Assembly (NCBI GenBank): GCA_002427505.1
Contig: DIRJ01000038.1
Location: 45,659 to 109,658 of the forward strand
Direction: 5' to 3'
DNA: 64,000 nt
Source of the DNA: Mageeibacillus sp. UBA5439
GTDB lineage: Bacteria; Bacillota; Clostridia; Saccharofermentanales; DTU023
Part shown: one piece after another, positions 43,673-53,424 of the stretch
Layout of the letters: each line of letters opens with the position of its first letter
How positions within the stretch are numbered: position 1 is the first letter of the stretch
The notes under the pieces: model-generated
The model's input: only the letters and a program-made list of their open reading frames with translations
Databases searched by the model: none
What the model was told of the DNA's origin: nothing
Translations under genes and position numbers: made by a program

Positions 43673-44743
43673 TTAGTAACGGAAACGAGCTGCAATTCTC
43701 TTTTCCATTTCCTTCACGGAAACCGGAACCATGACCACATTGCCTGCCATCTGGAAACAGTCACGAACAAGTTGGTCCAATTCCTCCCTCTCTTCATCAC
43801 AGTAATCACTGCGGATATACAATGTTTCGATCTTACACTCGTCCGCTGCATTTTTTATGTCACTCATGCGAGTAGATGCCTTGCCGTCAGCCAAACCTTT
43901 GGCCAGACTGTCCATTCCTCTTTTTATTTCCTCATTCTGGATATTGTCAAAAATATTAAGGATCGCTGCTTTCAGACTTTGTGGGTCAAAATCATGGAGC
44001 GGCTTGCCCAGATCTTCTTTAAGGTATACTTCATTTGTCGCGACCGAGCGCCAGTCCGCCATGTTTTCGCGAACTCCCGACAAGATAACGGGCGATCGTT
44101 TGTCGGCAAAATACGCTGTCAGATTTTCTTCCAGATATCGATAATACTTGATCTTATCAATTTCTTTCATTTCTGCAGCAGAGCGGTGACCATGAAATGC
44201 TGTGCCGCCTTTGCCGCCGTAGCTGCCGAAGTTCACATCGGAGTCAGGATCCAGATCAGGGAATAATTCCGTAAAGGTCAGGATCCCATGATCCTCAACC
44301 ACTTTCAGTTTTGATCCGTCCCCACGATGAAGACGGAAGCGGTCTCGGCCTATATCCAGAATATAGTGGCTGGATATATGTTGTTCAGCAGCCAGCAAGG
44401 GCAACAAATGCAGAATTCCCTGTACTACTACCAGATCATCTACAGCTTCGGACAAGTTGTAGATCAGCATATTCCTGTCTCTTAAGAAAAGAGCAAAGGC
44501 TTCACTTCTGTCATTCCAGAAAACGGTATCTTTCTGCAGGTCCTGCAGAAGCTCCATCTGTTCCTTCAGCGCTTTTCGATCCAAATATTTTGCCAGTTTT
44601 TCTTCTGCTTCCTTAATCAGATTCTTGAAACGAATGGCATTGGATCCCGGATCGGATCCTTCATGCGGAGTAGATTGATAGAGTGATAAAACTGTAGCAG
44701 CTTCATCATTCATCTTGCGGATTTTAGGGTGAAGTCTGTCCAT
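43673..44743 (-). CDS. bacterial eRF1/Pelota-like (baeRF-type) protein of unknown function
   Basis: GSYGGKGGTAFHGHRSAAEMKEIDKIKYYRYLEENL parallels the eRF1 GGQ loop region. The following regions parallel the end of the eRF1 M domain and the C domain. The N-terminal SLYQSTPHEGSDPGSNAIRFKNLIKEAEEKL resembles bacterial baeRF families. See findings. Confidence 0.6.
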   Translation of the reverse strand: MDRLHPKIRKMNDEAATVLSLYQSTPHEGSDPGSNAIRFKNLIKEAEEKLAKYLDRKALKEQMELLQDLQKDTVFWNDRSEAFALFLRDRNMLIYNLSEAVDDLVVVQGILHLLPLLAAEQHISSHYILDIGRDRFRLHRGDGSKLKVVEDHGILTFTELFPDLDPDSDVNFGSYGGKGGTAFHGHRSAAEMKEIDKIKYYRYLEENLTAYFADKRSPVILSGVRENMADWRSVATNEVYLKEDLGKPLHDFDPQSLKAAILNIFDNIQNEEIKRGMDSLAKGLADGKASTRMSDIKNAADECKIETLYIRSDYCDEEREELDQLVRDCFQMAGNVVMVPVSVKEMEKRIAARFRY

Positions 44744-44937
44744 AGTAGGCCCTTTCTATGATCTTTTCAGAATGGTAGATCAGATCGTTCGATAGATTTA
44801 TTCTAGCAGATAGCTATCAATCTTTCTGTCACGGCAGGATTATAAGATGAACAGGACCGGTCTGTGCTGAATCGCTCAGCGCTCCGCTTTTCATTAGTGT
44901 AAACTTAGCGCAGAACAATCGATGAAAGGAATCTATT

Positions 44938-45474
44938 ATGGATTTACAAACAGCAAAAGGATACAAAAAGGCAGCCGCCCCAACTAATTTGATCAATATC
45001 GTTATGGACAGCGGCAATAGCATAGTAATTGAGCTGGATGAACAAGCAGCACCTGTCACCGTTGCAAATTTTCAGAAGCTCGTTGCCGAAGGGTTCTATA
45101 ATGGCATTATTTTCCACCGCATTATTCCCGGCTTCATGATTCAGGGCGGTGATCCCCAAGGTACCGGAACAGGTGGTTCCGACACTCACATTAAAGGTGA
45201 ATTCGCCTCTAATGGGGTCAATAACCACTTGTCCCATGTCCGCGGGGCTGTTTCCATGGCCAGAACCCAAGTACCGGATTCAGCAAGCTCACAGTTTTTT
45301 ATCTGTCATGCCGACAGTCTTTTTCTGGACGGTCAATATGCCGCTTTTGGAAAAGTTGTTGCCGGCATGGAGGAAGTTGACCGCATCGCCGGTCTTAAGA
45401 CCAATAGAAATGATTTCCCGGAAACTCCTCCGGTCATGGAAGAGGTCTTTTTCCTGGAGCAGGAAGAAGCCTAA
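44938..45474 (+). CDS. ppiB: peptidylprolyl isomerase, cyclophilin type
   Basis: FHRIIPGFMIQGGDP and SQFFI motifs. Confidence 0.9.
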   Translation: MDLQTAKGYKKAAAPTNLINIVMDSGNSIVIELDEQAAPVTVANFQKLVAEGFYNGIIFHRIIPGFMIQGGDPQGTGTGGSDTHIKGEFASNGVNNHLSHVRGAVSMARTQVPDSASSQFFICHADSLFLDGQYAAFGKVVAGMEEVDRIAGLKTNRNDFPETPPVMEEVFFLEQEEA

Positions 45475-45579
45475 GCCGAGTATTAGCGGCCTGGCGTTTA
45501 TTTGACATTCTTGACAACAATAGCCCCGAACTATAGGATATTATCATACACATTTCATAGATTTTCAGAGGGGGAAATT

Positions 45580-46773
45580 ATGGATAATCAAGATTTTGCA
45601 ACTCGTCAGATTCACGCCGGGTCATTAAAACGTGAGAACTTCAGACCTCTGGTGATGCCCATCTACCAAAGTTCAACTTTCTACTTTGATAGCGTCGAAC
45701 AGGGTGCTGCCCTCTTTGCCGGTGAGCAGGATGGATATTTTTACACCAGAATCGACAACCCGAATCAAAGAGAACTGGCGGCACGCCTGGCTCAGTTGGA
45801 AGGCGGCGAGGGTGGCCTGGTGTTCGCCTCCGGTATGGGTGCGATCAGCTCAATGTTCTGGTCCCTGCTTAGCAGCGGTGATCACGTAATCGCCGGCAAG
45901 ACACTCTACGGCTGCACCTATGAACTTCTGCATCAAGGCTTCCCGCGCTTCATGATCGATGTCGATTTTGTTGATTTGAGTCAAAACGGAATGCTGGAGC
46001 AATTTCTGCGTCCGGAAACGAAAATTATCTATATCGAAACCCCTGCCAACCCTAACTTAAAAATAGCGGACATCAGCTATCTGGCAACCACGGCACACAG
46101 TTTCAATCCGGAAATCAAAGTGGTCGTGGACAACACTTTCGCTACTCCTTATCTGCAGCTGCCCTTGTCTCTCGGAGCCGATATCGTAGTCCATTCTGCT
46201 ACCAAGTATCTCAATGGGCATGGCGATGTTGTCGCGGGTGCTGTCATCTCTGACTCAGAAACTATTAAATTAATCGCAGAAAACGGCTTGAGATATTTCA
46301 CCGGTTCTGTACTGGGACCTTTTGAATGCTTCCTGATCTCCCGCGGACTGAAGACGCTTGATCTGCGCATGGAAAAACACTGTGCCAATGCACTGAAAGT
46401 TGCGGAGTTTCTGGAACAGGATAGCCGGGTGAAAAAGGTCAACTTCCCCGGTCTCAAATCACACCCTGCTTACCAGCTGGCTCAAAAACAGATGAAGCTG
46501 CCGGGAGCCATGATCTCCTTTGAACTGGCAGGCGATAAAGAATACTGCGCCAGCTTTGTGAATAACTGCAAACTCTGCCGCCGCGCGGTTTCCCTGGGCG
46601 ATGCTGAAACTCTGATCCAGCACCCTGCCAGCATGACTCACAACACCTATAGCCCTGAGGCCTTAGCTGAAGCAGATATAGCGGAGAACCTGCTGCGTAT
46701 TTCAGTCGGGCTGGAATCCGCAGCAGATATTATCGCTGACCTTAAACAGGCACTGGACAATTGCGATAATTGA
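45580..46773 (+). CDS. Cys/Met-metabolism PLP-dependent enzyme, methionine gamma-lyase-like
   Basis: Start moved to ATG 45580 (SD AGAGGGGG). TRQIHAG, YTRIDNPN, and PLP-lysine block HSATKYLNGHGD. 397 aa. Confidence 0.8.
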   Translation: MDNQDFATRQIHAGSLKRENFRPLVMPIYQSSTFYFDSVEQGAALFAGEQDGYFYTRIDNPNQRELAARLAQLEGGEGGLVFASGMGAISSMFWSLLSSGDHVIAGKTLYGCTYELLHQGFPRFMIDVDFVDLSQNGMLEQFLRPETKIIYIETPANPNLKIADISYLATTAHSFNPEIKVVVDNTFATPYLQLPLSLGADIVVHSATKYLNGHGDVVAGAVISDSETIKLIAENGLRYFTGSVLGPFECFLISRGLKTLDLRMEKHCANALKVAEFLEQDSRVKKVNFPGLKSHPAYQLAQKQMKLPGAMISFELAGDKEYCASFVNNCKLCRRAVSLGDAETLIQHPASMTHNTYSPEALAEADIAENLLRISVGLESAADIIADLKQALDNCDN

Positions 46774-46795
46774 CCTCCACCGGCTTAAGACAATC

Positions 46796-46834
46796 AAAAA
46801 GTGACATTCAAATATTGTCGGATGTCACTTTTTT
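46796..46834. terminator. bidirectional intrinsic terminator between convergent genes
   Basis: Arms aaaaagtgacat / atgtcacttttt with a 14-nt loop. Confidence 0.75.
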
Positions 46835-46852
46835 GATGGTTTTTTAATAGAA

Positions 46853-48673
46853 CTAATACTCCTCGTACTGTAACTTGTAGAGAACTTTGAAAAGTCCATT
46901 CCGGGCCAGAAGTTCATCTCTGCTTCCCTGCTCTGCAATTCTGCCCTTATGCATGACAATAATCTTATCCGCATTGGCAATGGTAGAGATTCTGTGAGCT
47001 ACTGCTATCATGCTGCGGTTAGCAGACATTTTGCTGATGGCATCCTGAATCAGCAGTTCCGTCTCCGTGTCAATATTGGCAGTTGCCTCATCCAAAATCA
47101 GCAGCGAAGGCCTGGCAGCAAGAGTACGGGCGAAAGATAGCAGCTGCCTCTGCCCGGACGACAAGGTACTGCCGCGTTCCATGATTTCCTCATCATAGCG
47201 TTTTGGCAATTTATCAATAAAGATATCAGCATTAACATTTTTTGCTGCCTGTCTGACATCAGCGGCAGATACTTCCGGCCGATTCAGGCTGATATTATCC
47301 ATGACACTGCCGGAATAGAGGAAGACATCCTGCTGAACCACTCCTATAGCCTCGCGCAGCTGCTTCAGGTCATAGTCCCTGATGTCGATACCGTCAAGCA
47401 GAATCTGTCCTTTATCGATGTCGTAGAAGCGACAGAGCAGATGCATAATTGTTGACTTGCCGGCACCGGTAGCGCCAACAAAAGCAACAAACTCTCCGGG
47501 CTCGATGCTGAAGGAAACATCTTTGAGAATCCATTCATCTTCATTGTAGGCAAACCAGACGTTTTTGAACTCGATTTTTCCTGCAAATCCTGAAGCAGGA
47601 ACAGCCACTTCCCCGCCAATATCCTCTGCTTCCTGATCCATCAAATGGAAGATTCGGTGCGTGGATGTCATGGCAGACTGAACTATGTTAAAGGTTTCGG
47701 CCAGTTCCAGAATCGGCTGGAAGAAACGTTGAATATAATCTATAAAAGCATAGAGAATACCGAAAGTGATAACACCATCAAGATGATTGCGTCCGCCAAA
47801 CCAAATCAGGGCAGCGATGCCCAGTGACCGCACAATCTCAATAAAGGGACGATAGGTCGCGTAGTACTGTACTTCCTTGCTGCTTAAGTCCAGATATTCG
47901 CGGTTAACCTCATCAAACTCCTCGCTCACCTGTTTTTGTCTGTTAAATACCTGAATTGTCCGCATGCCGGAGATATTCTCCGACAATTTTGTATTGATTC
48001 TGGAAAGAACACGGCGCTGCGCATAATATATTTTACGAATTATACGGCGGAATACCGCAGAAACAATGATGATCGCCGGCGTCAGAGCCATTACATAGCT
48101 GGCGAGTCTGGCATTCATGCTGTACATGATCCCAACAATGCCGGCCAAAGTAATCAGACTGCGGAAAATTGTGGTCAGGACTGAAGTAAACATTTCGTTC
48201 AGCGTTTCAGTGTCGTTGGTCACACGCGTAACCAGGCTTCCTTGCGGATAATGATCAAAGAATGTCATGGGAAGCTTCAGAATATGATCGTAAAGATCCT
48301 GCCTGATTCTTCTTAAAATCTTTTGTCCTGTCTTATGCAGCATATAGTCCTGGCTGTATCCGGCCAGGAAAGCTACTACGACAGTTGCAAGATAGATCAA
48401 TGCCGTCCGCGTCGCCTCACTCATAGCCAGAGCCTGTTCACTCCGGCTTTTAGCAGGATCAAGCAGAACGGAAATATTGTTGTCGATAATGAGCTGAGTC
48501 AGCCGGGGCTGAGCCAGCGTCATGCCGACAGTAACGATAATCAGTATAAAAATGATGATGAACTGTTTATAGTAAGGGGTGCCGTAAGAGTAAAGGCGTT
48601 TTAAGGTCTTGCGGTCCGGCTTTTTGGACCTGGCATTCTGTTCATCAAGATCTTTTTGCTCAGTCTGCGCCAT
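46853..48673 (-). CDS. ABC exporter, fused permease/ATPase (heterodimer partner 2)
   Basis: Six-TM domain plus NBD (GATGAGKST, LSSGQRQ, LILDEAT). Start moved to ATG 48673, 1 nt after the upstream stop. Confidence 0.88.
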   Translation of the reverse strand: MAQTEQKDLDEQNARSKKPDRKTLKRLYSYGTPYYKQFIIIFILIIVTVGMTLAQPRLTQLIIDNNISVLLDPAKSRSEQALAMSEATRTALIYLATVVVAFLAGYSQDYMLHKTGQKILRRIRQDLYDHILKLPMTFFDHYPQGSLVTRVTNDTETLNEMFTSVLTTIFRSLITLAGIVGIMYSMNARLASYVMALTPAIIIVSAVFRRIIRKIYYAQRRVLSRINTKLSENISGMRTIQVFNRQKQVSEEFDEVNREYLDLSSKEVQYYATYRPFIEIVRSLGIAALIWFGGRNHLDGVITFGILYAFIDYIQRFFQPILELAETFNIVQSAMTSTHRIFHLMDQEAEDIGGEVAVPASGFAGKIEFKNVWFAYNEDEWILKDVSFSIEPGEFVAFVGATGAGKSTIMHLLCRFYDIDKGQILLDGIDIRDYDLKQLREAIGVVQQDVFLYSGSVMDNISLNRPEVSAADVRQAAKNVNADIFIDKLPKRYDEEIMERGSTLSSGQRQLLSFARTLAARPSLLILDEATANIDTETELLIQDAISKMSANRSMIAVAHRISTIANADKIIVMHKGRIAEQGSRDELLARNGLFKVLYKLQYEEY

Positions 48674-48674
48674 C

Positions 48675-50447
48675 TTATGCCTCCTCCCTGTCTTCACGCA
48701 GTTCACTTTCCAGCAGCTGCCTCTGATAAAGTCTGGCATAGAAGCCGTCTTTGTCTTGCAGAAGCTCTGCATGTGACCCACGTTGCGAAATAACACCATC
48801 TTCGAGGACCAGTATCTGATTGGAGCGCTGGACTGTCGATACGCGCTGACTTACAACTATCAGACCTGCTTCCACTTTTTCCAGCTGATTCAAAATATCT
48901 TTCTCTGTGTTGGTATCGACGGCAGAAAGTGAATCATCCAGAACCAGAATCTGTGCGTCCTGGTAATAGGCACGGGCAATCGCCAGCCGTTGTTTTTGGC
49001 CGCCGGAAAGAGTTACGCCTCTTTCACCCACCCAGGTCCTGTATTGGTCAGGCATTGCCTCTATGTCATCTGCTAGCTGTGAAAACTCCGCAGCTTGCCG
49101 GACTTTTTCCGGATCATAATCGTCATCACCGCTAAAGGCAATATTGCCGGCAATAGTACGTGAGAACATGAAACTCTCCTGCTCAACAAAAGCAATTTTG
49201 CTATAGAGTTCCTCATAAGAGATATCTCTGATATCAAGACCATTCAGAAGAATCTGTCCTGAATTAAGATCATAGCGCCGCAGCAACAGGTTCAGGATCG
49301 TACTTTTGCCTGCCCCCGTGCGACCCAGAATTGCCAGGCTCTCCTTGCCTTCAAGTGTAAAACTCACACCTCGCAGAATCCAGGGCAGATTGTCTGCATA
49401 ACGGAAAAAGACATCTCTGAACTCTATTCTGACTGAATCGTCATCTGTAGAAAAGCTGATTTTGCCAGGAGTTGTAGTTTCCTTTACTTTCGCTTCAGCC
49501 GCAAGTATTTCATTAATCCTGCCCATGGCCGCAATACCGCGCTGGAAACTGTTGACAACCATGCCTATGGCCATCAGCGGCCAGACCATCATGCGCAGAT
49601 AGTTAAGTACGGCTACAAAATCACCTAAAGAAAGATTGCCAACAAGCATGCGCCGGATACCATAAAGAATAAAAATGACCAGAGCTATACCGGCTATAAG
49701 CTGAATCAGGGGGTCAAAGAGCGCGCTCATGCGCAGCATATCCATATTTTTAGTCTGATAATCTTTGTTGATTTTCTCAAAAGACCCGGCCTGGTTTTCT
49801 TCAATACCAAAAGCTTTAATGCTGTTGATGCCGGAGATATTCTCCTGGACTTCATTGGTCAGTTCAGAGAAGGTATCCTGTACAGCCCGGCTGCGTCTCT
49901 GCAGAGGTTTGGACATGCTGAAGACAACAACCGTAATAAAAGGCAGTGCCAGCAAGGCAACCACTGCTGTTTTAAATCCTACGGTATAAATCATCATGAT
50001 GACGGTGAACAAAGTCATGAAGACAGCATCTACAACCATGATAATGCCGCCTCCCATCGTGTTGCGCACCATAAGAACATCATTAGTAACATGCGCCATT
50101 AAATCACCGGTACGATGTTTATTAAAAAAGTTGTCATCCAGCCGGAGATATTTTTTGAACAATTTATCCCGCAGCCAATACTCCAGCTTTCTGGCAGTGC
50201 CGAAGATATAGACGCGCCAGACATAGCGGCCGCCTGCAACTATCAGGCCTAAGATAAAGATGGCCGCAGCAGCCTGCCCGGTTCGCTCAAGCGTAAGTTC
50301 TCCGAACTGTGCCCAGTCAGCAAATTTTTTCAATACCTGAGGTACCAGCAGATTTGCAGAATCAACAAAAAGCAAGGCAATAATTCCGAAGATATAACGC
50401 CATTTGTGTTCACGTATAAATGGTAAAATTGTTCGATATTCTCTCAT
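48675..50447 (-). CDS. ABC exporter, fused permease/ATPase (heterodimer partner 1)
   Basis: TM domain plus NBD (GRTGAGKST, LSGGQKQ, LVLDDSLS). Confidence 0.88.
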   Translation of the reverse strand: MREYRTILPFIREHKWRYIFGIIALLFVDSANLLVPQVLKKFADWAQFGELTLERTGQAAAAIFILGLIVAGGRYVWRVYIFGTARKLEYWLRDKLFKKYLRLDDNFFNKHRTGDLMAHVTNDVLMVRNTMGGGIIMVVDAVFMTLFTVIMMIYTVGFKTAVVALLALPFITVVVFSMSKPLQRRSRAVQDTFSELTNEVQENISGINSIKAFGIEENQAGSFEKINKDYQTKNMDMLRMSALFDPLIQLIAGIALVIFILYGIRRMLVGNLSLGDFVAVLNYLRMMVWPLMAIGMVVNSFQRGIAAMGRINEILAAEAKVKETTTPGKISFSTDDDSVRIEFRDVFFRYADNLPWILRGVSFTLEGKESLAILGRTGAGKSTILNLLLRRYDLNSGQILLNGLDIRDISYEELYSKIAFVEQESFMFSRTIAGNIAFSGDDDYDPEKVRQAAEFSQLADDIEAMPDQYRTWVGERGVTLSGGQKQRLAIARAYYQDAQILVLDDSLSAVDTNTEKDILNQLEKVEAGLIVVSQRVSTVQRSNQILVLEDGVISQRGSHAELLQDKDGFYARLYQRQLLESELREDREEA

Positions 50448-50500
50448 ACTCTTCCCCTACCTCAAGCATTGTACCGTAATTATCAGAAAACGGGAGAAAT

Positions 50501-50530
50501 AAATGCGCTCCGCTGTCACGGAGCGCATTT
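50501..50530 (-). terminator. hairpin/terminator after the membrane-protein/M20 unit
   Basis: 12-bp arms aaatgcgctccg / cggagcgcattt, loop ctgtca. T-rich on both sides. Confidence 0.6.
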
Positions 50531-50551
50531 AAAATTTTTGTTATGAGAAAA

Positions 50552-51223
50552 TCAGATCAATTTCTTCTTATACATGATCCTCGATACAGCAACCGTCATG
50601 GCCACACTGATGGGGATCAGGACACTGACTGCACTCGAAAGCGAAGGCCGGATCAGGAAGAGGGTCAACATCAGCACAAGTGGTGCTACAGCGATCTTCC
50701 AGTTTTTTGCCAGGAAAACGATAGCCAGCCCCCCAAAAAGTGCCGGCAAAACATTGGCGAAGGCAGGTGCCAGCTTTGCTGATTCCAGTATAGGGCTGAG
50801 AATGTTCAGGAGAACTATGCCTAACACCAGAATGACAGTTGTCACAATGGAACTCACAGCGATAGCAATAGTTGAAACCACTTCGCCCTCTTCTGTGTTA
50901 GGCTCGACACCGGCAATTTGCATAGCCCTGAGTGCTGCCGGTACCTTCATAGCGGTTAGGTTTCCGGTGACAAAACCAAGATAAGATCCGCCGGACCCCA
51001 GCATGGGACTGAAGGTAAAGGCTTCAATTATTCCTACGGTCCAGAAGACCGGTGCTACCGCCAGCAAGCCCTGAAATACAGCCGCCCCATCCGGCCAGAC
51101 CTTGAAAAGCACCGACGTAAAAAACGGATAGGACATAAAGAGCAGTATCGCCAGAACCAAAGAGACTCTGCCCCAGCGATGAACCTTTTCCGGATAATTG
51201 GAATATTTCTTTTTGTTCTCCAT
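50552..51223 (-). CDS. polytopic membrane protein, unassigned family (second of a coupled pair)
   Basis: Start at ATG 51223 (MENKKKYSNYPEK...). Its GGAGG SD lies inside the last codons of the upstream gene. Multiple TM helices. Confidence 0.6.
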   Translation of the reverse strand: MENKKKYSNYPEKVHRWGRVSLVLAILLFMSYPFFTSVLFKVWPDGAAVFQGLLAVAPVFWTVGIIEAFTFSPMLGSGGSYLGFVTGNLTAMKVPAALRAMQIAGVEPNTEEGEVVSTIAIAVSSIVTTVILVLGIVLLNILSPILESAKLAPAFANVLPALFGGLAIVFLAKNWKIAVAPLVLMLTLFLIRPSLSSAVSVLIPISVAMTVAVSRIMYKKKLI

Positions 51224-51225
51224 AT

Positions 51226-51951
51226 TTAGCCTCCGATCCATTGGGTCAGCGGGATGGCGAAGGCCATTCCACCCAGCATGCTAAAGGGCATGGCGTAGTT
51301 CTCCAGCCACTTCCAGTTTAATAGTTTGACCAGCAGACCGAATATGGTCATCAGCAAGGCAGAGAAGAGCATGACGAAGACCGGTATCCAGCCAGGCAGA
51401 CCGGATCTGATGTCGGCAAAAACCATACCCAGAAAGGTAGCAATCATACCGACGAAGAGAGAATCCATCAGGATGGAGCTCCAGCGCTGATCTTTAGTTT
51501 TCAGCTTCTGCAGGCGCTGATTCATATTTTTCTGGAAAAAGAGGATAATCAGGATACCCGACATAATCCCCAGTGTCATTACCCAGGCAATGGCGACATA
51601 GGCTGATCCGTCCGTGACCGGCTGATCCATCGGTAAATTCATAGCTTGTGCCGTGGAGGCTACAGCCGGCAGCTCGTAGGTCAGTGCGCCCAGCACGGAC
51701 AGACGCAGCCAGGGCAACGGCAGGCCGAGGAAGCGCGACAGGCTGATCAGGCCCAGCAGGACGCCGATGGCCGGCGCAATCGTGAAGAGCGCGCTGCCAA
51801 AAGCTACTCCACGCAGGACTTTGGCTTCGATCTTCAGCTCTCTGGCCCGTCTCCAGGCTTTCGCCATAAAGAAAACGGATTGTCCTATCACATAGAGTAT
51901 GACCACTCCGGCCAAAACAAAGAGGATAGGATGATTGACATTAAACTCCAT
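51226..51951 (-). CDS. polytopic membrane protein, unassigned DUF-type family (first of a coupled pair)
   Basis: 241 aa with several TM helices and a conserved-looking LGLPLPWLRLSVLGALTYELPA block. Confidence 0.6.
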   Translation of the reverse strand: MEFNVNHPILFVLAGVVILYVIGQSVFFMAKAWRRARELKIEAKVLRGVAFGSALFTIAPAIGVLLGLISLSRFLGLPLPWLRLSVLGALTYELPAVASTAQAMNLPMDQPVTDGSAYVAIAWVMTLGIMSGILIILFFQKNMNQRLQKLKTKDQRWSSILMDSLFVGMIATFLGMVFADIRSGLPGWIPVFVMLFSALLMTIFGLLVKLLNWKWLENYAMPFSMLGGMAFAIPLTQWIGG

Positions 51952-52035
51952 AAAGGTCTCCTCACATTATGTAGTCGCCGCTTTTACCGCCTGCATTTTA
52001 TATGACCGGCGGCAGCTGACTCATCAGGGTCTAAA

Positions 52036-53346
52036 TTATCTGAGATTGAGCATAAATTCAGTATAAAACTCAATCATCTTGTAAAAATTCTCGTGGCTGA
52101 TGCATTCGCCGCGGCCATGCATGGTATCCAGTTCTTTGCCGCTAAGCTTATTGGGCAGAAAGCGATAGGCATTATCCGCAACCTGGTCATAGTAGCGGCA
52201 GTCAGTCCCTCCCACCATGAGGTAAGGTAAGGCAACAGCATCGGGAAAAATCTTGGCGATAGTTTCTTTCGTGTGTTGCATACCTTCTCCATTTACATCT
52301 GAGATTGCTGTAGCTTCATTAATCATAATTTTTTCTGCTATTTCAAAATCATGTCCCAGACTTCTCAGATGGTCGAGAATACCCTCTACGGTATCACCCT
52401 GGAGAATACGGATATTGGCCACGCAACTGGCAGTTCGCGGCAGGATATTATGTCCGGTGCCCGCTTCCGTCATGGTAAAGGCAATGGTCGAACGCAGCAT
52501 GGCTGCTGTCTGCTTATTTTTGAGTAATATTCTGGCTAATATGGGTGCAAACAATTGGGGATTGCGCAGAACAAAAGCTTCGGCTTTGCTTTTAAAAGGA
52601 GCCAGGGCCTCGAGAGTGGCGGCTAGTGTTTCTGTTATTCTGAGTTTGGGCGGCTTGTTCTCAACATCATGGATGAAGGCAGCCATTTTGCCCACAGCAG
52701 ATGATTTCGGCGGCGTCGCGGAGTGTCCCTCCTCACCGCGGAAGAGAAAGCGGAGGCTGTTGTTGCCTTTCTCCGCAATACCTATCACTGCCAGATCCGG
52801 TGCAACGCCCAGGGACTTGCCCTCAGTAACCGCCCCGCCCTCATCCAGAACATAGCGGAAGTGGATCTTCTTTTTCTGAAAATAATTCGCTATTTCCTGG
52901 GCACCAAGCTCACCGCCGACCTCTTCGTCAAAACCGAAGGCGAAATAAATGTCGTATGGCGGTATATAGTCCGCTTCCAGCAAGGAATTGGCCGCCTCCA
53001 TGATCGCAATCAGAGAACCTTTGTCGTCCAGTGTTCCCCTGCCCCAAATCTTCTCTCCGTCATCATGCCCGGAAAATGGCGGGTGCTGCCAATCCTCGTC
53101 CGTAGCTGCTACCACATCATAGTGTGCTGTCAGCAGCAGGGGTTTTTCTTCTGACGAACCCGGCCAGCGATAAACCAGACCAAAGTCGTTAACCCGCTGC
53201 AACTCCATTTTTTCATGAATCAGCGGATAAGCTGCCGCCATAAATTCTCCGAATTCACGAAAAGCAGACCAGTCAGCTTCATAGGGGTCGGAATGTGAAA
53301 CAGTGGCAAGGCGAATCGCGTCCTGCAAGTGCTTGATTGCATCCAT
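52036..53346 (-). CDS. M20/M25/M40 family metallohydrolase (CPS1/PM20D1-like carboxypeptidase type)
   Basis: Start moved to ATG 53346 (MDAIKHLQDAIRL...). Motifs LLLTAHYDVV, GRGTLDDKG, FGFDEEVGG. Confidence 0.8.
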   Translation of the reverse strand: MDAIKHLQDAIRLATVSHSDPYEADWSAFREFGEFMAAAYPLIHEKMELQRVNDFGLVYRWPGSSEEKPLLLTAHYDVVAATDEDWQHPPFSGHDDGEKIWGRGTLDDKGSLIAIMEAANSLLEADYIPPYDIYFAFGFDEEVGGELGAQEIANYFQKKKIHFRYVLDEGGAVTEGKSLGVAPDLAVIGIAEKGNNSLRFLFRGEEGHSATPPKSSAVGKMAAFIHDVENKPPKLRITETLAATLEALAPFKSKAEAFVLRNPQLFAPILARILLKNKQTAAMLRSTIAFTMTEAGTGHNILPRTASCVANIRILQGDTVEGILDHLRSLGHDFEIAEKIMINEATAISDVNGEGMQHTKETIAKIFPDAVALPYLMVGGTDCRYYDQVADNAYRFLPNKLSGKELDTMHGRGECISHENFYKMIEFYTEFMLNLR

Positions 53347-53424
53347 AGTTTTCTCCTTACATCTCAAGAGATTCCACAAATACTACTGTGGATATAGTAT
53401 GACACAAAACACTCTGTCTGCGTA

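Noticed and set aside
43202-44743. Considered cdd plus the eRF1-like gene as a deaminase-based anti-phage or conflict system.
   Set aside because: The deaminase is a standard small housekeeping cytidine deaminase (CAERGA...PCGICRQ, 152 aa). It has no extra sensor or effector domains, and there are no other defence-type genes nearby. The adjacency is kept only as context for the baeRF-like finding.
45502-45579. Considered the N-terminal extensions offered by the ORF track: 45502 for the MGL-like gene, 48799 for the ABC exporter, 53379 for M20, 63858 for GIY-YIG, 3396 for pyrH, 28250 for the Fe-S subunit and 21879 for the E2-like gene.
   Set aside because: In each case an internal ATG with a good SD gives the family-typical N-terminus. 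It also removes an overlap with the upstream gene or intergenic promoter region.
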